Of a stretch of 29,014 bases of DNA, positions 9,609 through 19,811 are shown piece by piece. The notes below the pieces were generated by a model that was given only the letters and a program-made list of their open reading frames with translations, ran no database searches and was not told the DNA's origin. This DNA is from Octopus sinensis (Eukaryota). The stretch is from positions 1 through 29,014 of the forward strand of contig NW_021833207.1 of NCBI RefSeq assembly GCF_006345805.1, given 5' to 3'. A program made the translations under genes and the position numbers. Positions within the stretch are counted from its first letter, which is position 1; every line of letters starts with the position of its first letter.

Positions 9609-10090
9609 AATGTTAAAAGTAACAGACAAGAAATTCTTGGCATTATTAAATAAGCATTTCCCAGTAAACTATAAATACAGGATGATTTTTTTTAAAAGAT
9701 GCTCCATAAAAAATTTCATACAGCTGCTGCCCTAATATGAAGGATATTATCACCAGCAAGTCACCTTATGAACCCATTCCCAGTTATAACTGTTCAGACT
9801 CTGAAGCTTGCCTGCTCGATCAGGCATGTTTGATAAAGTCAGTTGTGTATGAAGCTGAAATCACAGCAATGCTACAAGATAATGTAATCAGAAAGAAAAA
9901 TTACATTGGTATATGCAAAGGCAATTTTTTAAGTGCTGGTATGCAAACCACCAGTTTTCTTTCAAATATATTAATAAAATTAAAACCACTAAGCTGGCTT
10001 ACCATTTATAGGATCAGAAGACCAACTGCAATCCACATACAATCAAGTGGAAAATCTTGGAGAAATCTAACATGGTATGTTATATGATGT
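9609..10090 (+). pseudogene. Penelope-like element remnant: RT-endonuclease linker plus GIY-YIG domain
   Basis: KKFLALLNKHFP...KISYSCCPNMKDII...YNC...C...C..KSVVYEAEI...NYIGICKGNF, then after a frameshift NHQFSFK...TTKLAYHL*...IKWKILEK. Confidence 0.85.
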
Positions 10091-10139
10091 GCCATATGTA
10101 TCTAAGCAATCCTTCAGGCTCCGTCCCATTTGTGTCTCG

Positions 10140-10595
10140 ATTATGTCAAAAACAAAGCTAGAGTGAGTGCTCATTTGGCCAATAGGCAATTATGGTTGTG
10201 ATGCACAGACTCTGAACAAATTTGAAGAGAACATAATCAATGCATTTGAGATATAGGTGTATAGAAGAATGTTACAAATCTCTTACATGGATTATCAGAC
10301 AAATGAATAGGCTGTTACAACAAGCAGGTGAAAGTGGGCAACTGGTCATAGTGAAAAAAACAAACAAAAGCTTGTCTATTATGGCCATGTTTGAAGAAGC
10401 AGAGGTTTGGAAAACATTATTTTAGAAGGAAGAGTAGAGAGTATTATTAGGTCAAGAGGCAGATACTGAAGGCAATAGATGGACAATACCAAGAGCTGGT
10501 TGATAATAGTGGCAAGGTGGCTGGAAAACTTGCACTTAACTGGGAAGACTTTCATTGTAATGTCATCAATGCACTACAGGCATACAAAATATGAT
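10140..10595 (+). pseudogene. RTE-clade LINE 3' remnant, heavily decayed
   Basis: Broken reading gives YGC..TLN..EE.IINAFE...YRRML.IS...TNE.LLQQAG...YYGHV..RGLE.I.LEGRVE..RSRGR, the RTE C-terminal pattern. Confidence 0.7.
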
Positions 10596-10609
10596 TATAT
10601 ATATATAAA

Positions 10610-10812
10610 GTTAATCCAAACATGAAAACACAAAGAGAAAACACAACAACGCGAGGACGTGGAACAAGTATAGTGTTGTTGGATGCTCAGGAAAGGAAAG
10701 AAAGAGGATTTAACATTTCGAGTGGAGCTCTTCGTCAAAAACATAGGAAAAGGAAAGATTCAAGGAAGGGAAGACAAAGGAAAAAAATCGTCAATGATAG
10801 ACTTGCAGTCAC
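10610..10812 (-). mobile_element. HHR-bearing pLTR-like repeat, family X (same family as 25700-25865)
   Basis: Shares acacaacaacgcgaggacgtggaacaa...gctcaggaaag...ttaac.tttcgag.ggagctcttcgtc..aaacatagga with 25730-25845; degenerate HHR at 10708-10742. Confidence 0.75.
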
Positions 10813-11439
10813 ACACACACATATATATACACACACACACTTAGCTTTGTATTTGGTTTGCAAGATTCTTTATATGAATTTGTGTGTTGAAACATATTTT
10901 ATTTTATAGCCAGATTCTAAGTTAGTGGGAGCGAGTACATAAAAAAAAAGTGCTGTTACATATACCAAACAATTTTCAACTCATTTCTCTTCTATTACTC
11001 GAAATCTTTCACTAGTTATAATATAAAATAATATACGTAATTGAATTCTACATTCATTAAATTCATGTTTCTATTACGATGTATGTAACTTACAACTACT
11101 GATATAGAGAACTAAAGAGTTAAAAGAATTGTTGAAGAGGTGCCAGTTTTGAAAAATGTGCTCGTGAGGAGCGGTCACTTCCCTTGCTCACCTATTACCT
11201 ATGCCACAGCTCATACACACTGCTCATACACACGCACGGACAAAGCCAGTAGATTACGAAATCTTTAAAGGTATTAAAGGTGTACCTGTGTCATTTTAAA
11301 ATGTCATTTGAAATGACACCAGTGAACTACTGTTTCAACTCTGTATCAGCTGTTGGTCTGAATGGTTAAATCACCTGGAATTCGGAATCTGAGTGGCCCA
11401 GAATACGCGGAGGTGGTCCCTTGTTAATATGTCTCAATC

Positions 11440-11674
11440 TGAAGGCAACGAGCTGGCAGAATCATTAACACACCAGGCGAAATGCTTAGTGGTATTTCGT
11501 CAGCCGTTACGTTGTGAGTTCAAATACCGCCGAGGTCAACTTTGCCTTTCATCCTTTTCGAGATCGATTAAATAAGTACCAGTTATGCACTGGGGTCGAT
11601 GTAATCGACTTAATGCGTTTGTCTGTCCTAGTTTGTCCCTTCAATGTTTAGCCCCTTAGGGCAATAAAGAAATA
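11440..11674 (+). mobile_element. SINE family B, full length, 14-bp TSD
   Basis: TSD aatatgtctcaatc at 11426-11439 and 11675-11688. Confidence 0.92.
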
Positions 11675-11968
11675 AATATGTCTCAATCCGATTAACGCTT
11701 TCTATTTTACAGTGTGTGTGTGAAAAGTAAATAGGTAGTGTTATTCTTGAAAGATTCATTTCTAGAAACAAAATAATGACATTTCATGCACTTAAATACT
11801 TAATCTAGTATTTAGTAGAAATGTCTTTCAAGCACCAGGTAACGTTTGCACAGATAAAACGTCATAATTAGGTGTGTCTATTTATTTTTGCAATGTGTGT
11901 ATATAGCTGTAGATGAGAGTTTGGGCGTACGGAAAGTGTTGAGTATGGTATGAATTATGTTTTATATA

Positions 11969-11970
<2 letters not shown>

Positions 11971-12057
<87 letters not shown>

Positions 12058-12070
12058 ACACACACACACA
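11971..12070. repeat. Compound (TG)n(AG)n(AC)n microsatellite
   Basis: Directly visible. Confidence 0.95.
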
Positions 12071-12288
12071 TACAGTGAATTCTTACATGAGACCTCTACC
12101 CATCACAATTATACCAAGTCTCACGAAGTTGTCTGTATATTGTCAGAAGTTATTAGATGAATGAATGCCAAGGATATATATTGGAAGAACACACACCGCT
12201 ACCACAAGTGTTACGTTATTGGTTATTGGAAACAGCAAACACGCAGTCGAACATAGAAACAGTCAAGCTGTTAGTTAATTAGTTGATA

Positions 12289-12701
12289 TCTCTCTCTATA
12301 TAAACGGCAGTTTGTCTGTCTGTCAGGTTGTACCCTCACCCTGACCACGGCTTTCAACCGATTCTGATGAAACATGACACACCCATAGCCCAATGTCATA
12401 ATTCAAAACTAACGCAGCGAAAATTTTGAAAGGTTCCCCCAGTTCTGAAAAAAATCGATAAATTCGACATGGGGTCGAGAATCTAAGCTTTTTATATGCA
12501 CCACATTTTCTGTCTAGGGGACACAACTCGACAGCTAGGGACAGCTAGGAACATCGTATACACAGAAGTATTCGAGTGAAGAGAAGACATTGCAGCCTAC
12601 ACATGCGCCTTCGTTCCCTAGAGGGAAAGGACTAGATTGGGATTAGTCGTTGCCTACTAGGGGCTCTTACATACCCGGGCAACGCCGGGCTATGCTGCTA
12701 G
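12289..12701 (+). mobile_element. Non-autonomous Helitron, apparently complete (413 bp)
   Basis: 5' TC after A12288; subterminal gtttgtctgtctgtc; 3' hairpin cccgg-gcaacg-ccggg (12674-12689); CTAG at 12698-12701 followed by T. A|T target with no TSD. Confidence 0.85.
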
Positions 12702-12711
12702 TATAATATAA

Positions 12712-12942
12712 GGTGCGTGCATGGCTGCGTGGTAAGAAGATTGTTTCTTAACCTCATGGTTTCGTGTTCAAGTCACACCTTGGGCAAGTGTCTTCTACAA
12801 TAGCCCCAAACTGACCAAATCTTTGAGAGTGGATTGGGTCAACTGTAACAGAAAGGACCCTGTCCTGTAGACGTTTGTGTGTGTGTGTGTGTGTGTATCT
12901 AACCTTCGTTTCACAGCGAGTGTATTGGTTTATGTCCTTGTG

Positions 12943-12943
<1 letters not shown>
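12712..12943 (+). mobile_element. SINE family A, degenerate and 3'-truncated
   Basis: atggctgcgtggtaagaag...caccttgggcaagtgtcttctacaatagccc...gagtggatt. Confidence 0.75.
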
Positions 12944-12974
<31 letters not shown>

Positions 12975-14139
12975 ATATATACACACACACGTGTGTGTGT
13001 GTATGTGTGCGTTTGTGTGTATGTGAGAGAAAGCGAATAGAAATTTGATGACCATTCAGCCAGTGTACCTTCGATGTCACTATCAAATACAATTATTAAT
13101 TTTTTAATCTTACACATGTGTTGTTTCCGTTATTCTGTTCATGTTCAGTTTTTGTAATATTTATATTTTATATTTATAAAATGAGCACTTACATTTGTGA
13201 GGTGGGGTACGTAGATAGGTAGATGGGTTGATATGTAGACATGTTGGTAGGTCGAGTGGTCAGACAGATGGAGAATTCTAGCTGGGTAGAATGGCTAGAC
13301 AGATTCATTGATCAATAGATAAATTAACAGTTGACCGATTGATTGAATTGATAGCTATGATAAAAGTAAGTGAAACATCCCAGCCATAAAGAAAATATAC
13401 GCAGTGACAGCTTATATAACTTCAACAAAGTTATACGAAGTTATTTGGGTGCGAAATGTGTGGAAACCATTTTTATAAAACTTAAATGATTTGCCGTGTG
13501 TAATTTGTACACAAAAATGAAGCAGCAAGTGGATAGTTAAATGGAAATGAAAAAGGGAACAATATATTTTCAATATTGTTATTGCTTGTTAACGCCTTCG
13601 TTGTCATACTGCAGTTTGCAACTCTGCAAAGTTTTATGAATGACAAACGGGAAAATGCAATGATCATGAGAGCAAGCTGTTCGATATATAGAGAGCTATC
13701 CATTTTGCAACATACGTCGAAATGTACTTTTCTATTGTTAAGCCTAAGTTACGGCAATTTTCTAAAGGTAATTTATTCGTTCAGAAACACCGTATTTGAA
13801 AAAGAAATTCTCACACGTAGGGAAGCGTTCGTTGAAAATATGCAAATCGAAAGACTTTTTCTTTTTTACATAATGATGTCAATCAAAAAAACTTTTTATT
13901 GTCCTGTTGGCAGTTTGATGTACTCAGAGGTATATCACTGTAAATCTTTGTTTGAGCAAGCGAACAACGAAATGTACTGGTAGACTTTTGGCCACGTTTT
14001 TTTCTTCATGCATTTTTCTGGAATTATTTTAGATTTGTATGTCAAATTTTGTAATAAAAAAAAATTCGTTGACAAAATCTGGAGCTATTTTAGAACGAAC
14101 AAATATTCATGTTTACAAATATCAATCTATGCATGTATA

Positions 14140-14377
14140 TATTTTTTCTTTATTGCCCACAAGGGGCTAGACATAGAGGGGACAAACAAGGACAGACAAA
14201 GGGATTAAGTCGATTACATCGACCCCAGTGCGCAACTGGTACTTAATTTATCGACCCCGAAGGGATGAAAGGCAAAGTCGACCTCGGCGGAATTTAAACT
14301 CAGAACGTAACGGCACACGAAATACGGCTACGCATTTCGCCCGGCGTGCTAACGTTTCTGCCAGCTCACCGCCTTTG
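14140..14377 (-). mobile_element. SINE family B, full length, 12-bp TSD
   Basis: TSD tatgcatgtata at 14128-14139 and 14378-14389; well-preserved body. Confidence 0.92.
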
Positions 14378-14610
14378 TATGCATGTATACATGATTACAG
14401 GCGCGGCCCTAGAGTTGCTGGCGCTCGGGCAAGCTGAGCTTCGGCATCCTTAAAAGCATAATTTTTTAAAACTTACACAAGGAGAAATACTGAAAATGTA
14501 GACTAAAAAGCATTCTCCCACCGGATGTAGTTCAAATCATACCCAAGTTCAATGATTAAACGAAATTATTGTTAGATCTAATTGAGTCGAAGTTAAATCA
14601 ATACACATAT

Positions 14611-14839
14611 ACTCTTTGACTCTTTTACTTGTTTCAGTCATTTGACTGTGGCCATGCTGGAGCACCGCCTTTAGTCGAGCAAATCGCCCCCAGGACTTAT
14701 TCTTTGTAAACCTAGTACTTATTCTAACCCTAACCCTAACCGCTAAGTTACGGGAACGTAAACGCACTATCATCGGTTGTCAAGCAATGTTGGCGGGGGG
14801 GGGGCAAACATATACACACACGTACATATATATAAATAC

Positions 14840-14872
<33 letters not shown>

Positions 14873-15035
14873 CGACGGGCTTCTTTCAGTTTCCGTCTAC
14901 CAAATCCACTCACAACGCTTTGGTCGGCCCGAGGCTGTTGTAGAAGACACTTGCCCAAGGTGCTATACAGTGAGAATGAACCCGGAACCTTGTGGCTGGT
15001 AAGCAAGTTACATACCACACAGCCACTCCTACACC
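14611..15035 (-). mobile_element. SINE family A, full length, with internal telomeric patch
   Basis: A-box-like tggctgtgtgg, B-box-like gggttcattct, CORE-like caccttgggcaagtgtctt, central (TA/CA) tract, tail gaaacaagtaaaagagt; (ctaacc)3 at 14724-14741. Confidence 0.9.
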
Positions 15036-15375
15036 TGTTACCTTTAAAAAATTGCTATAACCTATATTTAGCAAAAAGAAAAAAAAAACTATTCCTTTCC
15101 CATATTTTACTGAACTATCGTCTGGTTTAAAACGATAGTTATACATTCGTCCTTACCTTGTGGTCGTTCAGTGATGTTCATCTATGCCTAAGAATGTCAA
15201 TACATGGACATGCAACAACAAGTGGGGGCGGGGTGGAATAAAAGAAGGAAAAAACTGAAGAAAGAGAAAATAAACAAAGCGTATAATTGCTGGGATACTT
15301 TAGATCCGCTTCGTCTTGGTCGACCTAGGGCTAAACCACAACTGCAACGTGTTTTGCCTGAATACTTCACATATA

Positions 15376-15793
15376 GGCGCAGGAATGGCTGTGTGGTAAG
15401 TAGCTTGCTTACCAACCACATGGTTCTGGGTTCAGTTCCATTGCGTGACACCATGGGCAAGTGTCTTTTACTATAGCCTCGGGCCGACCAAGCCCTGTGA
15501 GTGGATTTGGTAGACGGAAACTGAAAGAAACCCGTCGTATATATTTGTGTATGTATGTGTATGTGTGTGTATGTGTTTGCGTGTCTGCATTTGACCTCCC
15601 CCCCCAACATCGCTTGACAACCGATGATGATGTGTTTACGTCCCTGTAACTTAGCGGTTCCGCAAAAGGGAACCGATAGAATAAGTACTAGGCTTACAAA
15701 GAATAAGTCCTGGGGTTGATTTGCTCGACTAAAGGCGGTGCTCCAGCATAGCCGCAGTCAAATGACTGAAACAAGTAAAAGAGTCAAAGAGTA
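15376..15793 (+). mobile_element. SINE family A, full length
   Basis: ggcgcaggaatggctgtgtggtaag...gggttcagttcc...gggcaagtgtctt...gactgaaacaagtaaaagagtcaaagagta. Confidence 0.92.
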
Positions 15794-17082
15794 TATGTGT
15801 ATTGATTTAACTTCGACTCAATTAGATCTAACAATAATTTCGTTTAATTATTGAACTTGCTTATCTGGGGTATGATTTGAACTACATCCGGTGGTGGAAT
15901 GCAGTAGACCTGGTTCGGAAGTTCCAGGATTTCGAAAGTGTGGAACTACCTTTTGAGCCACTTTTATTCCAAGGTATACTTAATTCCGGAAGAGCATCAA
16001 CTATCAGGGCCCCAACAGTGTGTTAAATAGCATGTAACTTGTAACCACCGAGCCAGAGTACGTTGAAATTATGGGATGCAGTATGGTGACGAATATCACT
16101 GGATACTGAGCTGATGAACAGACGATAAATTTTCAATGGCCCAGATCAACAAGTTCAGTTAGCGAAAGTCTGCAACCATTCGTGGTCTAGCTGTGCACAA
16201 ATGAGATATTTCAGCTAGCGAAAGATCAATGAGACTACAACCCAGGTCAGACATTTATACCGCATCGCTCGATCGGAACATCTAGCGGGGAGGTATTGCA
16301 TTGGTTCGGGCAAGTTGCCCGATAGAATGAAGACTGATGATGATGATTGGACTTACTGATAGTAAATTAAACTACAAATTACTTTCGAGTAATTAGTGCA
16401 AACTGGATTAATGTCATTGTTGACAAAATTAATTAAGAGATTTATTTCATGTTTGAATTGAATCAAGTCCACTGACACAGAAGAGTCGTTAACTGTTTAT
16501 GATGGATTAATGCCACAACACAACATTATATAAAAGATTTCATGATCTGAATCAAATCAGCGGCAACGGGTAAGACACAGGTAAGACCAGGTAAGGCATA
16601 GGTTTAGTTACAGATAAGGCACTTGTATGAACATGTTTTAATTCCAGAGACTGTCTCCAGCCTTTATCCCACAGGTGGGTTGTAATCCTCTCTCTGACTT
16701 TCATACCACTACTCTACTGGTCTTTGTTCCTCGAATTTGGCTGGGTTCATGCCACCACCGCCCAGATATCCCCATCCTTCTCATCTCTCATCTTCCTATC
16801 ACATTTGTTGTGTCCATCCCCTCTAGATCTCACACTAATCACTACACCCAGTCCATTCTTCCCCGGACGTCTGCAGGTCGATGACGAGGAACATTGATGG
16901 TGTCAGTTTCACTGGCTTTGGAGGATCTGCAAAAACCATGGACATTCCCCCTTCCTCCAAACTCAGCAAGTAAAAAGAAACGAAAAACAATGACCAGAAT
17001 TAATTTCACCGCACAAACAATATGTAAGAGATTTCACGATTTGAGTCAAATCACTTTTCTGATATAGTTTATTGACTATTAA

Positions 17083-17154
17083 GAACAGATAGTTTCGTGA
17101 CCATTCGCACTACGGTACATATGAGGGGACGAGGATTCGAGCCCCGATGTGTTC
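17083..17154 (+). other. Decayed tRNA-like sequence (SINE head or tRNA pseudogene) followed by a T-run
   Basis: gaacagat/atgtgttc acceptor-like pairing (7/8), B-box-like ggattcgagccc, T8 at 17161; D and anticodon arms not recoverable. Confidence 0.35.
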
Positions 17155-17366
17155 TCAGGGTTTTTTTTAATTTTTTTTTTTTCTCATTTAGCAAACTTTG
17201 TTTTCTCTTTAAAAAGATATATGAAAATATATTTACCGTTTCATCTTTCATTAAGCAACAATTTCAATTTATATAGAATTTGCTAGACGAAAAGAATCGA
17301 AAATTAAATCAGGAAAGAAATGAAAAAGGTGAAGAAAGGAAACAATTTAATTTAATACATTTATAT

Positions 17367-17448
17367 TGAGAGAGAGAGAGAGAGAGGGAGAGAGAGAGAG
17401 ATGGAAAGAGAGAGATTAGGGGGGAAGAGAGAGAGAGAGAGAGAGAGA
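17367..17448. repeat. (GA)n microsatellite, interrupted
   Basis: Directly visible. Confidence 0.9.
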
Positions 17449-17980
17449 TTCTAGTATTTCCGGTTGGTCAATAATGATTTTAAACGTGTTTATCTTATTA
17501 AATGTATTGAAAATAGTAATAACATATTTGCTATAATAAAACACACACACACACACAAAATAAAATAGAAATTTTCAGGTGACTTTGGTCAAGACGTGGA
17601 TGCATTACAAATAATACCAAATTAAATATATTTTTTCTACGTTTTTTTTTTTAAGAGAAAATGTTTATCTCAGAATAGATTTCCTTTCTTGACTACATGT
17701 AGTTTGCTTATAATTCTACATACTTCTAGTTCTACTCTGAGTACCACATGAAACTGCACTCTTATTTGACATGGGAGAAGGTAGTTTTATTATAGTGTGA
17801 GCTAATGACTGACCTTGTGATTTGTTAATTGTTAATGTGCGATCTTATTACATACGTTCTTTCTTGTGAGGCGGCACTGAATCTAATCTTTGTCTATTTA
17901 TATCTCTTGTTTCTAATTGTTTTAGAGATAAATATGGTAACCGTCTTCTTTGCTATTCTTTCACAGATATTCGTGTGATC

Positions 17981-18018
<38 letters not shown>

Positions 18019-18020
<2 letters not shown>

Positions 18021-18311
18021 AGGCGCAATGGCCCAGTGGTTAGGGCAGCGGATTAGCGGTCGTAGGATCGCGGTTTCGATTCCTGGACCGGGCGTTGTGA
18101 GTGATTATTGAGCAAAAAACAATTAAAGCTCCACGAGGGGGTGGCGGCGATCCCTGCTGTACTCTTTCGCCACAACTTTCTCGCACTCTTTCTTCTGTTG
18201 GCCTGCTCGCTTAGCCAGCGGGGTGGTGTTATTCGAAGGCTAAAACAATGCGAAGCGCATTGTGACCAGCGATGTGTAGCAACATCTGATTGCTTGGTCG
18301 GTCACGGTGAT
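18019..18311 (+). mobile_element. tRNA-derived SINE, family C, with RTE-like 3' tail
   Basis: A box tggcccagtgg, B box ggtttcgattcc; the tail 18254-18311 aligns with the RTE LINE 3' end at 27754-27810 (minus). Confidence 0.85.
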
Positions 18312-18337
18312 GAATATTTGTGAGTGTGTGTGTGTGT

Positions 18338-18550
18338 GTTACTCTTTTATCTTTTACTTGTCTCAGTCATTTGACTACGGCCATGCTGGAGCAACGCCTT
18401 GAAGGGGTTTTAGTCGGACAAATCGACCCAGGACTTTTTTAAAGCCTGGTAGTTATCCTATCATTCTCTTTTGCCGAACCGCTTGATTATGGGAACGTAA
18501 ACACACCAACATCGGTTACCAAGCAGTGGTGGAGGACAAACACAAGCACT
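18338..18550 (-). mobile_element. SINE family A-related 3' half
   Basis: tcttttacttgtctcagtcatttgactacggccatgctggagca...ttttgccgaaccgct...aaacacaccaacatcggtt. Confidence 0.8.
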
Positions 18551-18930
18551 AACACACAATCACTTTTAAGTCTATCTCTACAGAGTTTCCATAGAAATTA
18601 GAGCCAGCACAGAAAGTTACGACGTTTCGTATCCGAATACGTCTTTGTAAATAATGCGATCGAAGGTAGTAAAATAGATAATGGGTGTACATGCATATTT
18701 CAAGATTATTCCAGGTGCCAGGAATATGTTGAATATGTAAATTGGTCTATCCAGTAGTGTTTCACAGCGAAGCTTAGTGGGTATTTAAACAATGTTTTCG
18801 TGGATAGTTAATGAATTAAATGCATTTTTAATATTAAAAGTTTATATATATATTTAGTTCTATATTTAAGAGATGAGGACTTATGTACATTATTTACATT
18901 TGACGGATATTTGTCCTCATCTTTGTCGTT

Positions 18931-18976
18931 AACACAATTTTTCGGCTGATATACACTCCAGCCTTCATCAGGTGTC
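18931..18976 (-). ncRNA. Type I hammerhead ribozyme motif, stem III mutated
   Basis: gacac-CTGATGA-A-GGCTG-gagtgtatat-CAGCC-GAAA-aa-TT-gtgtt; 5-bp stems I and II. Stem III reads AAAT where a palindromic ACGT would be expected. Confidence 0.75.
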
Positions 18977-19028
18977 TTGGGGAAATTCCGAACCTGGGTT
19001 CTCATTCCTAAGGTATTTTTCGATGTTG

Positions 19029-19063
<35 letters not shown>

Positions 19064-19569
19064 GAGTGAGAGAGCAGTGCATGCCATCAAAGTGACACTG
19101 GGGTAAAATATACGAAGCCCAATATACCCATCATGACTACCCGTCTGATAAAGGTACACCAGGCACATGCATCACAACCATATGTGCGCGACATGGTGAT
19201 CTCATATCAAGATAAACAGCACATGACCTTGCAGGTGGGGCCCAGTTAGAATTTTCTTCAGGTTGAGTAGCCCATCCCGCTCAAAAGGTCCCTGAATAAG
19301 GGTTGTTTAAGGATGTTGAAAGAACCACCCATGTTTCCAGAGGTGAATTATTCAAACCCCAAAGAATCCTTCTCAACACATGGCTATTATGCTCCCCCAC
19401 TACTTCTGCTCGTGATCAGCGATGCACATATCGTCAGCCACTAAGGGACATGCTCAACTGGTTAAGGTCAAACAACTGACAAGCAAATCTGTGGTATTGA
19501 GCAGAATATTTGCTGTAGCCCATCTTTTATAGCAAGACAAACCAATGTACATGATAACACTTCCAATCA
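19064..19569 (-). mobile_element. Family E retroposon, slightly 5'-truncated, inserted in (AAT)n
   Basis: Reverse complement of 2810-3313; (TTA)n on both sides. Confidence 0.88.
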
Positions 19570-19582
19570 ATTATTATTATTA

Positions 19583-19644
<62 letters not shown>

Positions 19645-19694
19645 TCATTGCCTGGAATTGAACTCGGAATCTTAACCACTACACCATATGCACG

Positions 19695-19807
19695 TGGGTA
19701 TATGGCGTAGTGGTTAAGAGCGCGAGTTACTAATCCCAAGATTCCGAGTTCGATTCCAAGCAGTGACCTGAATAACAACAATAACAACAACAACAACATC
19801 GAAAAAT
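19695..19807 (+). mobile_element. Inverted (head-to-head) partial copy of family H: intact tRNA-like head plus spacer
   Basis: A box tggcgtagtgg 19703-19713; B box agttcgattcc 19747-19757; ends aacaacatcgaaaaat, mirroring 19015-19030. Confidence 0.8.
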
Positions 19808-19811
19808 CTCT

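Larger units (their letters stand above)
14510..15902. repeat. Large inverted repeat: arms 14510-15035 and 15376-15902, spacer ~340 bp
   Basis: Each arm is a family A SINE plus ~100 bp of shared downstream flank (ccaccggatgtagttcaaatcatacc...gaagttaaatcaatacacatata). Confidence 0.9.
18856..19694 (-). mobile_element. tRNA-headed, hammerhead-bearing retroposon (family H), interrupted by a family E insertion in its (AAT/AAC)n spacer
   Basis: Minus strand reads tRNA-like head (19641-19690, with a 22-bp deletion), (aat)n, [family E], aacaacatcgaaaaataccttagg..., HHR 18931-18976, then ...aaatatagaact. Confidence 0.7.

Noticed and set aside
13576-13983. 135-aa ORF in unique-looking sequence
   Set aside because: No recognisable motif; starts at a non-ATG codon; compatible with chance in AT-rich DNA.
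14397-14450. GC-rich caggcgcggccctag...ggcgctc resembling a hAT/MITE terminus
   Set aside because: No matching opposite end or TSD found.
16200-16900. Faint RTE-like peptide traces (HWFGQVAR on plus near 16300; DLEGM region on minus near 16830)
   Set aside because: Only a few residues match; insufficient to define elements.
19641-19770. Bona fide tRNA gene, CRISPR array or prokaryotic system
   Set aside because: The tRNA-like heads lack a full cloverleaf and continue into repeat bodies. The 36-bp triplicate at 2695-2793 has no spacers and no cas genes; the window is eukaryotic repeat DNA.
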